64,000 nt of DNA from Nitrosopumilus sp. GTDB taxonomy: Archaea; Thermoproteota; Nitrososphaeria; Nitrososphaerales; Nitrosopumilaceae. The notes beneath the pieces are model-generated. The model had not been told where the DNA came from, did not search any database, and saw nothing but the letters and a program-made list of their open reading frames with translations. A program made the translations under genes and the position numbers. Numbering within the stretch: position 1 is the first letter of the stretch; the number at the start of each line of letters is the position of its first letter. The stretch lies in the NCBI GenBank assembly GCA_965205215.1, contig OZ242041.1:128001-192000 (forward strand), given 5' to 3'. This document shows positions 20,841 through 29,987 of the stretch, one piece after another.

Positions 20841-21638
20841 TCAGGTCTCGCTGCCCCCGTGCTCGGACTGGCCTTCATCTGACATCCCTCTTCCATCATC
20901 ATCATCATCATCATCATACTCTGCCTGCATGGATATCGTACCGGATTCTAGCAGATAGTCCAGCATTCCCGCCATTGTGTCGTCGGATATCTCGCCAGTC
21001 ACCCACCAGTACGCCGCCGTCTTTACCCACTCGGGTATCATGATGCTGTATATGGTGTCGCGCTCGATCTCAAACGGCACGTTGATTACGCTGCTGTCCA
21101 CGGATTTTTTTATCGAGTCGATCAGAAATCCGTCATGGAACGTTCCGGACAACCATGCGGCGGTGATCTGCCGGAGCTGGCTTGGAAGACAGGTGATCTC
21201 CGAGTCCACCAACTCAAAGTCCGCGGACGCGCGGGCGCCCGAGTACTCTATGCTTATGGTGTACGTGCCGGCCGGAAATATCGCCCTCTCAAACGGGAAC
21301 GGCGCCCTTATCTCGGTTTCCTGCATGCTTATGGAGATCGGGATCGCCTGGCTGCTCTTCCCATCCTCGTCGACTATGTACGACGTGGCCGCCTGGCCCG
21401 TGACCTCTGAGACCGATATGGCATACGAGAGCATATCACAGTACTGGTATACCGGCTTTCCCATGGATATGGCGATGTCGGGCCCCTCCTCTGGTGGGAT
21501 CGTCTGCGCAAACGAGGCCGGCATAGTTCCAACCACTACTGCCGCAGCCATTGCCACTACAATAACGGCGGCGGCCCGTGCGCGGGCGATACCGTGGTTG
21601 CGGGTTCTTGCGCCCGCGTGCATCGCGCCCGGGTTCAT
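20841..21638 (-). CDS. secreted protein with thaumarchaeal IPxWVK...WW C-terminal domain
   Basis: Signal peptide ASFAQ; IPEWVKTAAYWWVTGEISDD..A..LDYL; poly-Asp tail encoded by (CAT)8 at 20894-20917. Confidence 0.72.
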   Translation of the reverse strand: MNPGAMHAGARTRNHGIARARAAAVIVVAMAAAVVVGTMPASFAQTIPPEEGPDIAISMGKPVYQYCDMLSYAISVSEVTGQAATSYIVDEDGKSSQAIPISISMQETEIRAPFPFERAIFPAGTYTISIEYSGARASADFELVDSEITCLPSQLRQITAAWLSGTFHDGFLIDSIKKSVDSSVINVPFEIERDTIYSIMIPEWVKTAAYWWVTGEISDDTMAGMLDYLLESGTISMQAEYDDDDDDDGRGMSDEGQSEHGGSET

Positions 21639-21995
21639 GTGGTGGGCCCGCCTGAAACCTCAATTAAATCTGATTGAGGCCGGCTCTGACCTGAGCGGCG
21701 CGCACGCCCGTCATCCCGGCCGCCCACCTCCCCTCCTCCTCCCCCCCCCCCGACCAATGCGGGCAAGTTGGAGGCGGGCGCTCCACATGTACGGCGGCAG
21801 CGCTCACAAGCCTGCGCCCGCAGCACCTTCCAGTCCGGCCCTGCTCGAACTCTTCTTTGGGTACCAAGCCAGTTCGCACACTAACCTTGATCAGCAGACC
21901 CGCCACACCGCATCTCAGACTTTGCAGGCAGGAGACCCAAGTACACACGTCCTCCTCTGAGATCAATTATTAAAGGGATGTCTGGCACGCACGAC

Positions 21996-22451
21996 ATGCC
22001 CTCATATCAGGATAGAACGTGGATACGCCTCTGGCGTGAGAACGCGCCGGAACTTCGACAGCGCGTCGTGCTGTGGCGCAAGCAGAACGCAATCACGCGC
22101 GTTGAAAAGCCCAGTCGCCCCGAGAGGGCGCGGAGGCTCGGATACAAGGCAAAACAGGGCATCATTACGGTGCGCATGAGGGTCGGGACTGGCGGCATGC
22201 GCAAGCAGAGGCCGAGGGGCGGCCGAAGGCCAAAGCACCTTGGCGTGACCCGGATAAAGGCAGACGACAGCATGAAGACCGTAGCAGAGCGCAGGGTGCT
22301 TGAGCGTTATCCGAACATGAGTCTTCTCGGCTCGTACTTCATCTACAAGGACGGCATGCACTACTGGTTCGAGGTGATCCTAGCCGATCCCATGCACCCG
22401 CGGATCATGGGTGACAAAGAGTTAAACCGGAGAGTACCGGCGGCCGCATGA
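21996..22451 (+). CDS. rpl15e: 50S ribosomal protein L15e
   Basis: ARRLGYKAKQG, GGRRPK, YPNM..LGSY, YWFEVILADP. Confidence 0.95.
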   Translation: MPSYQDRTWIRLWRENAPELRQRVVLWRKQNAITRVEKPSRPERARRLGYKAKQGIITVRMRVGTGGMRKQRPRGGRRPKHLGVTRIKADDSMKTVAERRVLERYPNMSLLGSYFIYKDGMHYWFEVILADPMHPRIMGDKELNRRVPAAA

Positions 22452-23539
22452 TTGGCATGCGGACGTCCAATCGGGGTTTTTTGCGCTTGCCACCGACCGC
22501 CGCGTGCGCAAAGGCCCGTCTTTCCGGCGTGACTCACCGGCATGTCTGCGGCACGTTTGCGTGGATGCTTCTGCCCGCGCTGCTTGCGGCAGCACTCGTT
22601 CTGAGCGCCCCCGGCGTGTCTGACGCGCAGCTGCTCTCGGACAGTACGGGGCTGGTGAACCGCATCGAGATTGCCGCCGCGGGGGGCCAGACCTTTGAGG
22701 TCGTCATAACGTCGAACTTTGACATTGTGGGCTACGAGTTTGTCGCGGCCGACAAGAAGCTGGTGCTGCAGACGGGGGCCGTACTCTCTGAAAGCATTGC
22801 GGAGATAGTAATGCCCGCGGGGCTTTTGTCCGGACATCTCGAGGCAGGCGTAGATGGCCTGCCGGTCGATGCTCAGGTCAGGTCAACTGATACAATCTCG
22901 CTCCTGGTATTGGTGTTTGAAGGAGGTGGCGCCGATGTCAAGGACGGCGCCGACAGGGCGGGGCGCACGATCGAGATTACAGGCACCGAGACATCGGTGT
23001 CAGAGACTGCCGGCGTTCTGCCGCCGGACGGGCAGGGTGTCGGGAACAGCGGTGGCAGTGATGGCGGCGTGGGCGGTGGCGGCAGTACCGGGGATGTCAG
23101 CCACGACAATGGAGGAGGCTGCCTCGTTGCAACCGCGGCCTTTGGCTCCGAACTTGACCATCGGGTGCAGCTTTTGCGGGAGGTTAGGGACTCAAAGGTC
23201 TCCAGCACCGAATCCGGCCGCGCATTTATGGACGCCTTTAACTCTGCGTACTATTCGTTCAGCCCGCACGTCGCAGACTACATGCGCGAGAACCCGTCCC
23301 TTATGGGCGCGGCCAGGGTGCTCCTGACCCCCATGCTACTCTCACTTGAGATCATGAGTCATGCCGAGGAGGGCTCCGAGGTGCAGGTGCTGGCGTACGG
23401 TTCCCTCCTGATACTGCTCAACATCGGAATCTATGCGGCCGTTCCTGCCGTCGTCCTCGCCCGCTTGCAGTCTTGCTTGTCATCCCGCACGTCGCACGCG
23501 GCGGCCCCTGCCGTGCGCCGGGCACGCGGAGCCGAGTAG
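22448..23539 (+). CDS. CFI-box-CTERM domain surface protein (start uncertain)
   Basis: GGGCLVATAAFGSEL..VQLLREVRD...FM..FN..YYSFSP.VAD followed by TM. Confidence 0.82.
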   Translation: MIGMRTSNRGFLRLPPTAACAKARLSGVTHRHVCGTFAWMLLPALLAAALVLSAPGVSDAQLLSDSTGLVNRIEIAAAGGQTFEVVITSNFDIVGYEFVAADKKLVLQTGAVLSESIAEIVMPAGLLSGHLEAGVDGLPVDAQVRSTDTISLLVLVFEGGGADVKDGADRAGRTIEITGTETSVSETAGVLPPDGQGVGNSGGSDGGVGGGGSTGDVSHDNGGGCLVATAAFGSELDHRVQLLREVRDSKVSSTESGRAFMDAFNSAYYSFSPHVADYMRENPSLMGAARVLLTPMLLSLEIMSHAEEGSEVQVLAYGSLLILLNIGIYAAVPAVVLARLQSCLSSRTSHAAAPAVRRARGAE

Positions 23540-23658
23540 AGGCGTTTTATTGGGCTGCGCGCACGCAGGTGACAGGCAATGGATCCTGCCAAGATTGCTC
23601 TGATCGGGGGGTTTGCAATAGTGGCGGCCCTGTCCGTCTTCCTCTTTCTAGTGGCGAC

Positions 23659-24324
23659 CTAGTCCTTGTCAAGCAGTCCCCTGATCAGTCCGTCGAGGTG
23701 CCCTGACTGCCCAAATGAGACGTGGCGGAGCACTCCTTCCCGGTCCACCAGTATGGTCGACGGCGTCCCGCGTAGTCCAAACTTTTCAAACGTCTCTGCA
23801 GAATACTCCTTTGTCTTTAGATAGTCCCTGACCCTCTGTATGATCTGCTGCTGATACTCTGGTGACTGCGACTCAAAGTCTGGAATCTGCGGGCGGATGA
23901 TCTGCATGATCTGATCCTGTCCCACCTCGCCCTCCATCCTTGTGAGCTTGTCCATGGCAAGCGGGAAGGGTATCTTGTGTCCGTACCGGGAGCCTTCTGC
24001 AAGCTGCCCATACGCTGCAAGCATCTTCTTGGTCTCGCCCACCACCTCTCCTGTCTCGGCAAGCATCCTCAGGTTCTCCACCGTGTTCAGCTCAAAGTCC
24101 TCAAAGGCCGTTGCAAGCCCTACGACCCTGACCCCTTCATCGGCATACTTGTGATATACCTGGATTGCCTCGGGTATGGCGTGCATAAAGCACCCCGGGC
24201 AGTTCACCTGGAAGACCTCGAGCAGTACGATATGGTCATTTTCTTGGTCGAAGTTGGTGGGCATGCCCTGCACCCACTCAGAGACCTCGAAGTTCGGGGC
24301 CCTCTGGCCTATTACGACGCTCAC
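23659..24324 (-). CDS. TlpA/AhpC-TSA-like thioredoxin-fold protein
   Basis: APNF.VSEW, FQVNCPGC (CxxC), GTPS.ILVD. Confidence 0.85.
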   Translation of the reverse strand: MSVVIGQRAPNFEVSEWVQGMPTNFDQENDHIVLLEVFQVNCPGCFMHAIPEAIQVYHKYADEGVRVVGLATAFEDFELNTVENLRMLAETGEVVGETKKMLAAYGQLAEGSRYGHKIPFPLAMDKLTRMEGEVGQDQIMQIIRPQIPDFESQSPEYQQQIIQRVRDYLKTKEYSAETFEKFGLRGTPSTILVDREGVLRHVSFGQSGHLDGLIRGLLDKD

Positions 24325-24609
24325 GCGGCGACTCCGCCCCTTTGTGTTAAATAGCTTGGCTCATGGAAGGCGGCACGGAACTCCCATACTGCGTGCGTTT
24401 GCCGCGATCCGCCAGGGGAACGAGGCGGCCGTGCACGAGGCTGCGCAGCCAACCGGCACGAGGCGGCCAGACTCGAGGGAGCCACGGGCGCACGATCGGT
24501 TCCAGATGGCACGAGCCGGCCTTCCCAGAGACGTGCCCCAGACGCCCCTCGGTTCTCGGCCGCTGGCATCAGAATAGAATTATAAGGATTTATACCGCGC
24601 ATGAGACGT

Positions 24610-24686
24610 GCTTCGATAGCTCAGCCTGGTAGAGCGTTACCTTGGTAAGGTAAAGGTCGCGGGTCCGGATCCCGTTCGAAGCTCCA
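24610..24686 (+). tRNA. tRNA-Thr(GGT), CCA encoded
   Basis: Cloverleaf: GCTTCGA/TCGAAGC acceptor, GCTC/GAGC D-stem, TTACC-TTGGTAA-GGTAA anticodon arm, GCGGG-TCCGGAT-CCCGT T arm; TATA-like ttataa/tttata upstream. Confidence 0.93.
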
Positions 24687-24799
24687 TCATCATAATTACA
24701 GCCCCGCGCCATGCCCCGGCCGCGACAGACTGCAGCTGCCGCCATCTGGAAGACCGCATGCGGGCAGCCGGGCGACAAGGCGGTCGGCCCGCCAAGGCG

Positions 24800-25729
24800 T
24801 CAATAGTTTCTAATCAGCAGCTCGGTATGCCCGAGGCGCCTACCAGAATCCGAGTTGATGCAGCGGCTTGCGCTGACGCGCTCTACTGTCCACTCATCCC
24901 TTGCAAACATCTCGCTTATGACTCCAGAGTCCGAGTTTGACAGCAGCACGTGGCATCCCATCTCGTCAAGCGTGACGCACAGATCGGCCAGCCTCCTTTG
25001 GTCCTCAATCCCAAAGTCACCGCACGTGTACCTGGTAAAGCTGGCAGTCCTGCTGACTGGCATGTACGGCGGATCAAAGTACACAAAGTCCCCCCTGCGC
25101 GCCTTGCGCGCCACGGCCCCAAAGTCCTCGCACGATACGTGGACGTTGCTCAGGTTCAGTATCTCGCTTACGGCAAGTATGTTCTGCTCGTCGGCTATGG
25201 TCGGGTTTGCATACCGGCCAAGCGGCACGTTGAATTTTCCGCGGCTGTTGACGCGGTACAGCCCGTTAAAGCACGTCTTGTTCAGGAATATCAGCCTGGA
25301 CGCAGTGTCAATGTCGCCGGCGCTGCCAGGGTCATAGCCGTCACGTACGCCGTAATAGTACGACTCGGGGTCCGCCCTGTAGCCGGCCTCGTGGCCGCGC
25401 AGCGCGCGCAGGAGATCCTCAGGACGGTCACGGATCATCTGATATGCCAAGACAAGCTCCCGATTCAGGTCGGATATGTGGAATGGATGCGCGCCGTCGC
25501 GGCCGTTCTTGCCGCCCTTTGAGCCTGCCGGCGCAACATGAAAGAACAGGGCGCCTCCTCCCAGAAAGGGCTCAAAGTACCTGCCAAACGACTCCGGCAT
25601 GACGCCGCTCACCGTGGGCAGTATCTGGCGCTTGCCGCCGGCCCACTTTACAAACGGCCTCGGATGGTATCCCGACGACGCAACCTGTCTGCGCATCAAC
25701 GGGCCATCAGGACACTGGTAATTACACAT
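24800..25729 (-). CDS. dam: Dam-type (D12 class) N6-adenine DNA methyltransferase, orphan
   Basis: KWAGGKRQ, EPFLGGG, LNKTCFNGLYRVN, YFDPPY, LLSNS. Confidence 0.9.
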   Translation of the reverse strand: MCNYQCPDGPLMRRQVASSGYHPRPFVKWAGGKRQILPTVSGVMPESFGRYFEPFLGGGALFFHVAPAGSKGGKNGRDGAHPFHISDLNRELVLAYQMIRDRPEDLLRALRGHEAGYRADPESYYYGVRDGYDPGSAGDIDTASRLIFLNKTCFNGLYRVNSRGKFNVPLGRYANPTIADEQNILAVSEILNLSNVHVSCEDFGAVARKARRGDFVYFDPPYMPVSRTASFTRYTCGDFGIEDQRRLADLCVTLDEMGCHVLLSNSDSGVISEMFARDEWTVERVSASRCINSDSGRRLGHTELLIRNY

Positions 25730-25929
25730 TGAAAATAAAACGGTTGAGTTATTGGTAAAAAAAAACGAATCATGTACGGCGCGACCTCATGCCCGAACCG
25801 ACAGCAGACATAGGTCATAATGACTCCGGATCCCGGGCTTCTTTGCACGCGCGGCTTCAACCGGCCCGAGCACACACGGCGCGACGGCGCAGTAAAAATA
25901 TAGAAAATGAAAATGGGGTGGGATTTCTC

Positions 25930-26580
25930 CTAGTCCCACTTTGACCAAGCGGCCATCCATCTGTACGTCCACGTATTGAGCTTGCAGCCCAACGCAGCAA
26001 ACGTACACGACAGCACCGCACCAGCACCGGCGCCCAACGCGACCGGACTATTGTAGAACTTGCCTACCTGCGGTTCTATCGGCGTCATGTATGGCGGCAA
26101 TGTCGGTCTCGGATACTTGAATGCCGTTTCCAACGGATCGGCTACCGTTATCAGGTTCACCATGTTAAACAGCGGTAACGACATTCCAACCAGTACGCCG
26201 CCAAACAGTATCAGCGAGTGCTTGTTCTTCTTTGTCGCCCAGTATACCAAGTCAAGCAACATTGCCGACGGCAACCAGACTGGCGTCACTATGAAGTCGT
26301 ATGGGTAGCCGAGCGCAAACCATGCCCCCTTGGCGACCCATGTATACACGGTCATGATTAACGCGTAATACGTGGCCGTACCTGGAACGCCTGTAAAGGT
26401 AAGATAGTAGGTAGCACCAACTACAAGCATCAGCGTCTGCGATATTGAGAATACCGTATACGATGTCCAAGCCCAGTCAGTATAGAAGATGTAATCTCCC
26501 GCATTAATCGTCAGCAGCGTAGAGTTAACTGCAACCACTACTATGAACAAGTAGTGTGTACATCGTCTTAACCAGACCAT
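25930..26580 (-). CDS. amoA: ammonia monooxygenase subunit A
   Basis: MVWLRRCTHYLF...GDYIFYTDWAWTS...NTWTYRWMAAWSKWD, canonical 216-aa archaeal AmoA. Confidence 0.99.
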   Translation of the reverse strand: MVWLRRCTHYLFIVVVAVNSTLLTINAGDYIFYTDWAWTSYTVFSISQTLMLVVGATYYLTFTGVPGTATYYALIMTVYTWVAKGAWFALGYPYDFIVTPVWLPSAMLLDLVYWATKKNKHSLILFGGVLVGMSLPLFNMVNLITVADPLETAFKYPRPTLPPYMTPIEPQVGKFYNSPVALGAGAGAVLSCTFAALGCKLNTWTYRWMAAWSKWD

Positions 26581-26603
26581 TAGTTTACTGAATTAAGGAT
26601 AGG

Positions 26604-26611
26604 TATATAAA
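26604..26611 (-). promoter_or_regulatory. amoA TATA box
   Basis: TTTATATA on minus strand ~24 nt upstream of ATG (leaderless spacing). Confidence 0.7.
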
Positions 26612-27854
26612 ATTTTAGAATCAGGAACGCACTCCAGCCGTACAGAAAGGCGGCCCGCCTAGGATCACGGACATTATATGGAAAATGGGTCCTCTTTTCC
26701 CCAGGGTCTAGGCGTCCTCCGTCCATTTGGGATCGATGCTTCTGATCGCTCCGATCATTCCTTGTACCTGAATGGCACCGGCGGCGTCCCGTAGTCGTCG
26801 ACATCAAGTGAAGCGTAGCCCCGACTCGTCGTAGATCCATGTACTGCCAGAGGCCATCAGAGGATCTCCGCTTCCAGGCTGCGATGGAACCGCACCGGCT
26901 ACCGCTTGTCTGTGGGCGGCACGGCGGGGCAGTTGCCAGCAAGACATTGCGCTCAGGCGGCCCTCAAGGACGGTGCCGCCCCCTAGCGGCCCTCAAGGAC
27001 TGCGGGCCTGCACCCCCCGCCCCACCCCCCTCTTTCACCTCTTCTGCCATCCTGTCCCGCAAGGCAGGGCCCGTCGTCAGACAGCATGGGCGCAGGTGCA
27101 CCAAGCCTTCTTAGCTGCAGGCCTGATAGCTATCACGGGATTCCAGAAACATCACATCCGTGGCGCGCACAGGGACATCGTCCATGCATGTAACGAGGCT
27201 CTGCTTGAAAAACGCGGATCCTTCGTGGCGTGCCAGCCCACGTCACATGGCGCCGAGGTGCATGCCAGTGACGCACCCACCTGCACCTCCGCGACCCTGC
27301 CGCCAGAGACTCCGCGACTCGTCCTTCTTCAATACAATATGCCGCGGCGTAACTAATATCGAGTTCCTTCTCCTTCGCCTTCTCAGCCCTCCTGCGGCGA
27401 GTACGGCCAAGGCCGGCCGTCTTTGACAGGTGCGGCTATCGCTCATCCTGCCCTCGCATACGGGAGCGCGAACTGATCATCGGCGCGCACGGTCCGAGTC
27501 GTACGGAACAGTCCAGTCCCTGCACGAGCCGGGGGGAAATTCCAAGGTCCTTTGCTGTCCCGGAGGCAGGGACCCGCTTCTCGATCCCGGGCCAAGTGCT
27601 GGTGTGACTTTCCCGGCAGTCTCTTTGGCGCGGTCTTTGATGACCGGCCCGTCAGTAGTTGACTTGTGCGCCCGATCCTACGGAGACTACTTTTTGCACA
27701 ACAGCTCTGCCTGCCACGTGGTTCCAGGCATGCCTCGCACCAAGCTCAATGACAGCTTCATGAATGGACTGCCCGTGCCCAAGGGGCGGACCGGGCGACG
27801 CAGCACCCAAAACAAGAGAAAATGAAAAAGATTGAAGGTTAGCCCTTCTTGCAA

Positions 27855-28220
27855 TCAAGCGCCCTCAACGAACAGCGAGATTGCAATTGTGCCTGCCGCT
27901 ACAGCGGCGACGCTGCCGGCCACAATGCCGTTGCTGTTCTTGTTTGAGCCTTCTTCCATGACCTTTACGCAGAAGATGTAGCCTATTGCTTCGATGATGG
28001 TAAGTACGATGAATGCAAAGTGTCCACTCGGGGTCGGGTATGCCCACGGATAGTAATAGTATCCTGCTGCCGTACCTCCAAATGTTGCCAACCATGCTGC
28101 CCAGAACGATATGGTAATCAGACCGGTCATGTTCTCAACGCGCTTTCCAATCATACGTTCTACGTCGGCGCTAGAGGAACCTCCGGCACCGCCAGAACCA
28201 AACCCTTTTGGAAGAGTCAT
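27855..28220 (-). CDS. amoX: ammonia monooxygenase subunit X
   Basis: MTLPKGFGSGG...DVERMIG.RVENMTG...YPWAYPTPSGH; lies between amoC and amoA. Confidence 0.93.
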   Translation of the reverse strand: MTLPKGFGSGGAGGSSSADVERMIGKRVENMTGLITISFWAAWLATFGGTAAGYYYYPWAYPTPSGHFAFIVLTIIEAIGYIFCVKVMEEGSNKNSNGIVAGSVAAVAAGTIAISLFVEGA

Positions 28221-28588
28221 TGTAGGTGTGTATGCTGTAATAGTTTTAAATCTTTCTTAGGGGCTGCCAGGTCGGCAGCGGGGGCATATAAGCAGCGTCA
28301 ACTGGCTACCATCTCCAAGACGCATCCGGCGGGCCAATCGTACCGGGCGTCAGGCAGGCACGGGAAGTGATACCTCCAAGCACGCAGCCGGTAAACCGCG
28401 GTGCCGAACGCACGTCTCTGATCGCAACATCAAGAGTCGGGCATGCGGCGATCGCGTCAAGGAGAACGGCAGTCAGAGGGTACGCGTCCGGCCCCGCAGC
28501 AGCAATCCCCGCCTATGCCGGCATATCGGTGCCGCGCAGGGCCTCCCACGCACGACTCGAAAAGAAGAGTGTGAAAAAGACCCACACC

Positions 28589-29152
28589 CTATGGGATTGA
28601 TCTGCTGTACAGCTTGCCCTCTAGGGCCATCTTGTACATCTCTGCAACATACGGGTTCTCTCCAGGAGTCTCGGCGCCCAGTTCTACCAACCGAGCGTAC
28701 ACCCTGACCACGTAGGCCAGTGCGCCCATGAACGCCACTACGACGCCCATATTGAACATCCAGTGGTTCGGCACGGCAAAGATCTCCTCTACAAACCAAA
28801 AGTGCCACATCTCGTTGACTCCAATCGTGAACATGGTCGCCAGATAGCCAAGAATGGTCATCTTCAGACCCGTGTTCATAGAGTTGTTGGGGCCTCTGAG
28901 AACCGGAACCTTTCGGTCATATATCGCGGCCGCACCCCAGCCTAGTGGGAGTGCAACAAAGTGCGAATACAGCCACCAGTGCGCAGGCGTAAACGCGCTG
29001 TCCCTGATGGATGTCTGGTGAAGTGAACCGTCAACAAAGTTGTCCACCTCGACGGATGCTGCAGTTGATCCCATCGCAATGACGATCAGCCAGATCTTCT
29101 TGAGTCTCTGGATCTCGACTTCCTTTGGGATTAGTGCTGGCATTTGTGCCAT
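28589..29152 (-). CDS. amoC: ammonia monooxygenase subunit C
   Basis: MAQMPALIPKEVEIQRL...DGSLHQTSIRDSAFTPAH...NEMWHFWFVEEIFAVPNHW. Confidence 0.99.
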   Translation of the reverse strand: MAQMPALIPKEVEIQRLKKIWLIVIAMGSTAASVEVDNFVDGSLHQTSIRDSAFTPAHWWLYSHFVALPLGWGAAAIYDRKVPVLRGPNNSMNTGLKMTILGYLATMFTIGVNEMWHFWFVEEIFAVPNHWMFNMGVVVAFMGALAYVVRVYARLVELGAETPGENPYVAEMYKMALEGKLYSRSIP

Positions 29153-29174
29153 GTGTGTTATCACCTTTATCTTA

Positions 29175-29202
29175 CATATAAAGTACAAGAATGCAATTGC
29201 AT
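29175..29202 (-). promoter_or_regulatory. amoC TATA box plus adjacent 12-bp palindrome
   Basis: TTTATATG (minus strand, 29175-29182) and ATGCAATTGCAT (29191-29202). Confidence 0.6.
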
Positions 29203-29946
29203 GAGGAATAGTATAAGACTTACATTTTTGCAAATAAAGTATGAAATTTTTTGTATTTTATACCATAAAATGTATAATACAACATTGCATGCAACCACCA
29301 AGTTTGATGTTAATCATCAATGTTAATCATTGGACACCACAAGCGCTCCGCTTTCAGGCACGGGCCCGGGGCAGCCCGAACCGCGCCGTGAATACTGCCG
29401 GGGCGTACGCGGCACGTTAGTCGTGGTGGATCGCATCCAGTACGTTGGAGGGTGAGGGTGACTGCGGCCAAGGGTTTGCCAGCAGCAGCGACAGATCCAA
29501 CAACGGGCGGCGCAGCCGGTCCAAGCAAGCGAGGACATGCCAGACACCCGCTGCAGATTCAAACGGCAAAACTGGTCAGAACCGGAAGCTCGCACGCGTG
29601 TCTGTTGCAGGCATACGCCGTAGCGCGGCGTCACTTTTGTTCCCAAACCCCCGCCGGAACCGCCCCCGAGCCAACAGACGGACGTCTGGGCCTGCAGGCG
29701 TCTGGCACGCAAGACGGCACACCACGACCATAACCACTGAGAGACGCCCCGTGCCGCAATGAACAGTCGTCGCTATGGTTATATCAAACTGCGCCGCATC
29801 TTACGCGACAATGACGCCGAGAATGACATCAACGGCAACAGCAGCTCCAAACGGCCCGACCCAGTGGGGGAGCTTATTTTGGAACTAGCCATCCAGTCGG
29901 CAGCGCGACAAGGAAATATAATCACCACGATAACGGAGGCTGTAGA

Positions 29947-29987
29947 TTGAGTTGAGCGATAGCGTTGAGTTGAGCGATAGCGTTGAG
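29947..29987 (+). repeat. 18-bp tandem duplication at the start of the NDH-2 fusion gene
   Basis: ttgagttgagcgatagcg x2, encoding (L)SDSVE twice. Confidence 0.85.

Noticed and set aside
24610-25729. tRNA plus orphan methyltransferase as an integrated element or R-M system
   Set aside because: No integrase, att duplication or endonuclease seen; composition matches host
25930-29152. Lower GC of amoA/X/C (and nirK) as evidence of horizontal transfer
   Set aside because: Better explained by codon bias and constraint in highly expressed core genes; proteins are canonical
29759-29950. 63-aa ORF ending 1 nt before the NDH-2 fusion start
   Set aside because: No motifs, different frame, and a TATA-like element lies inside it; cannot support as coding
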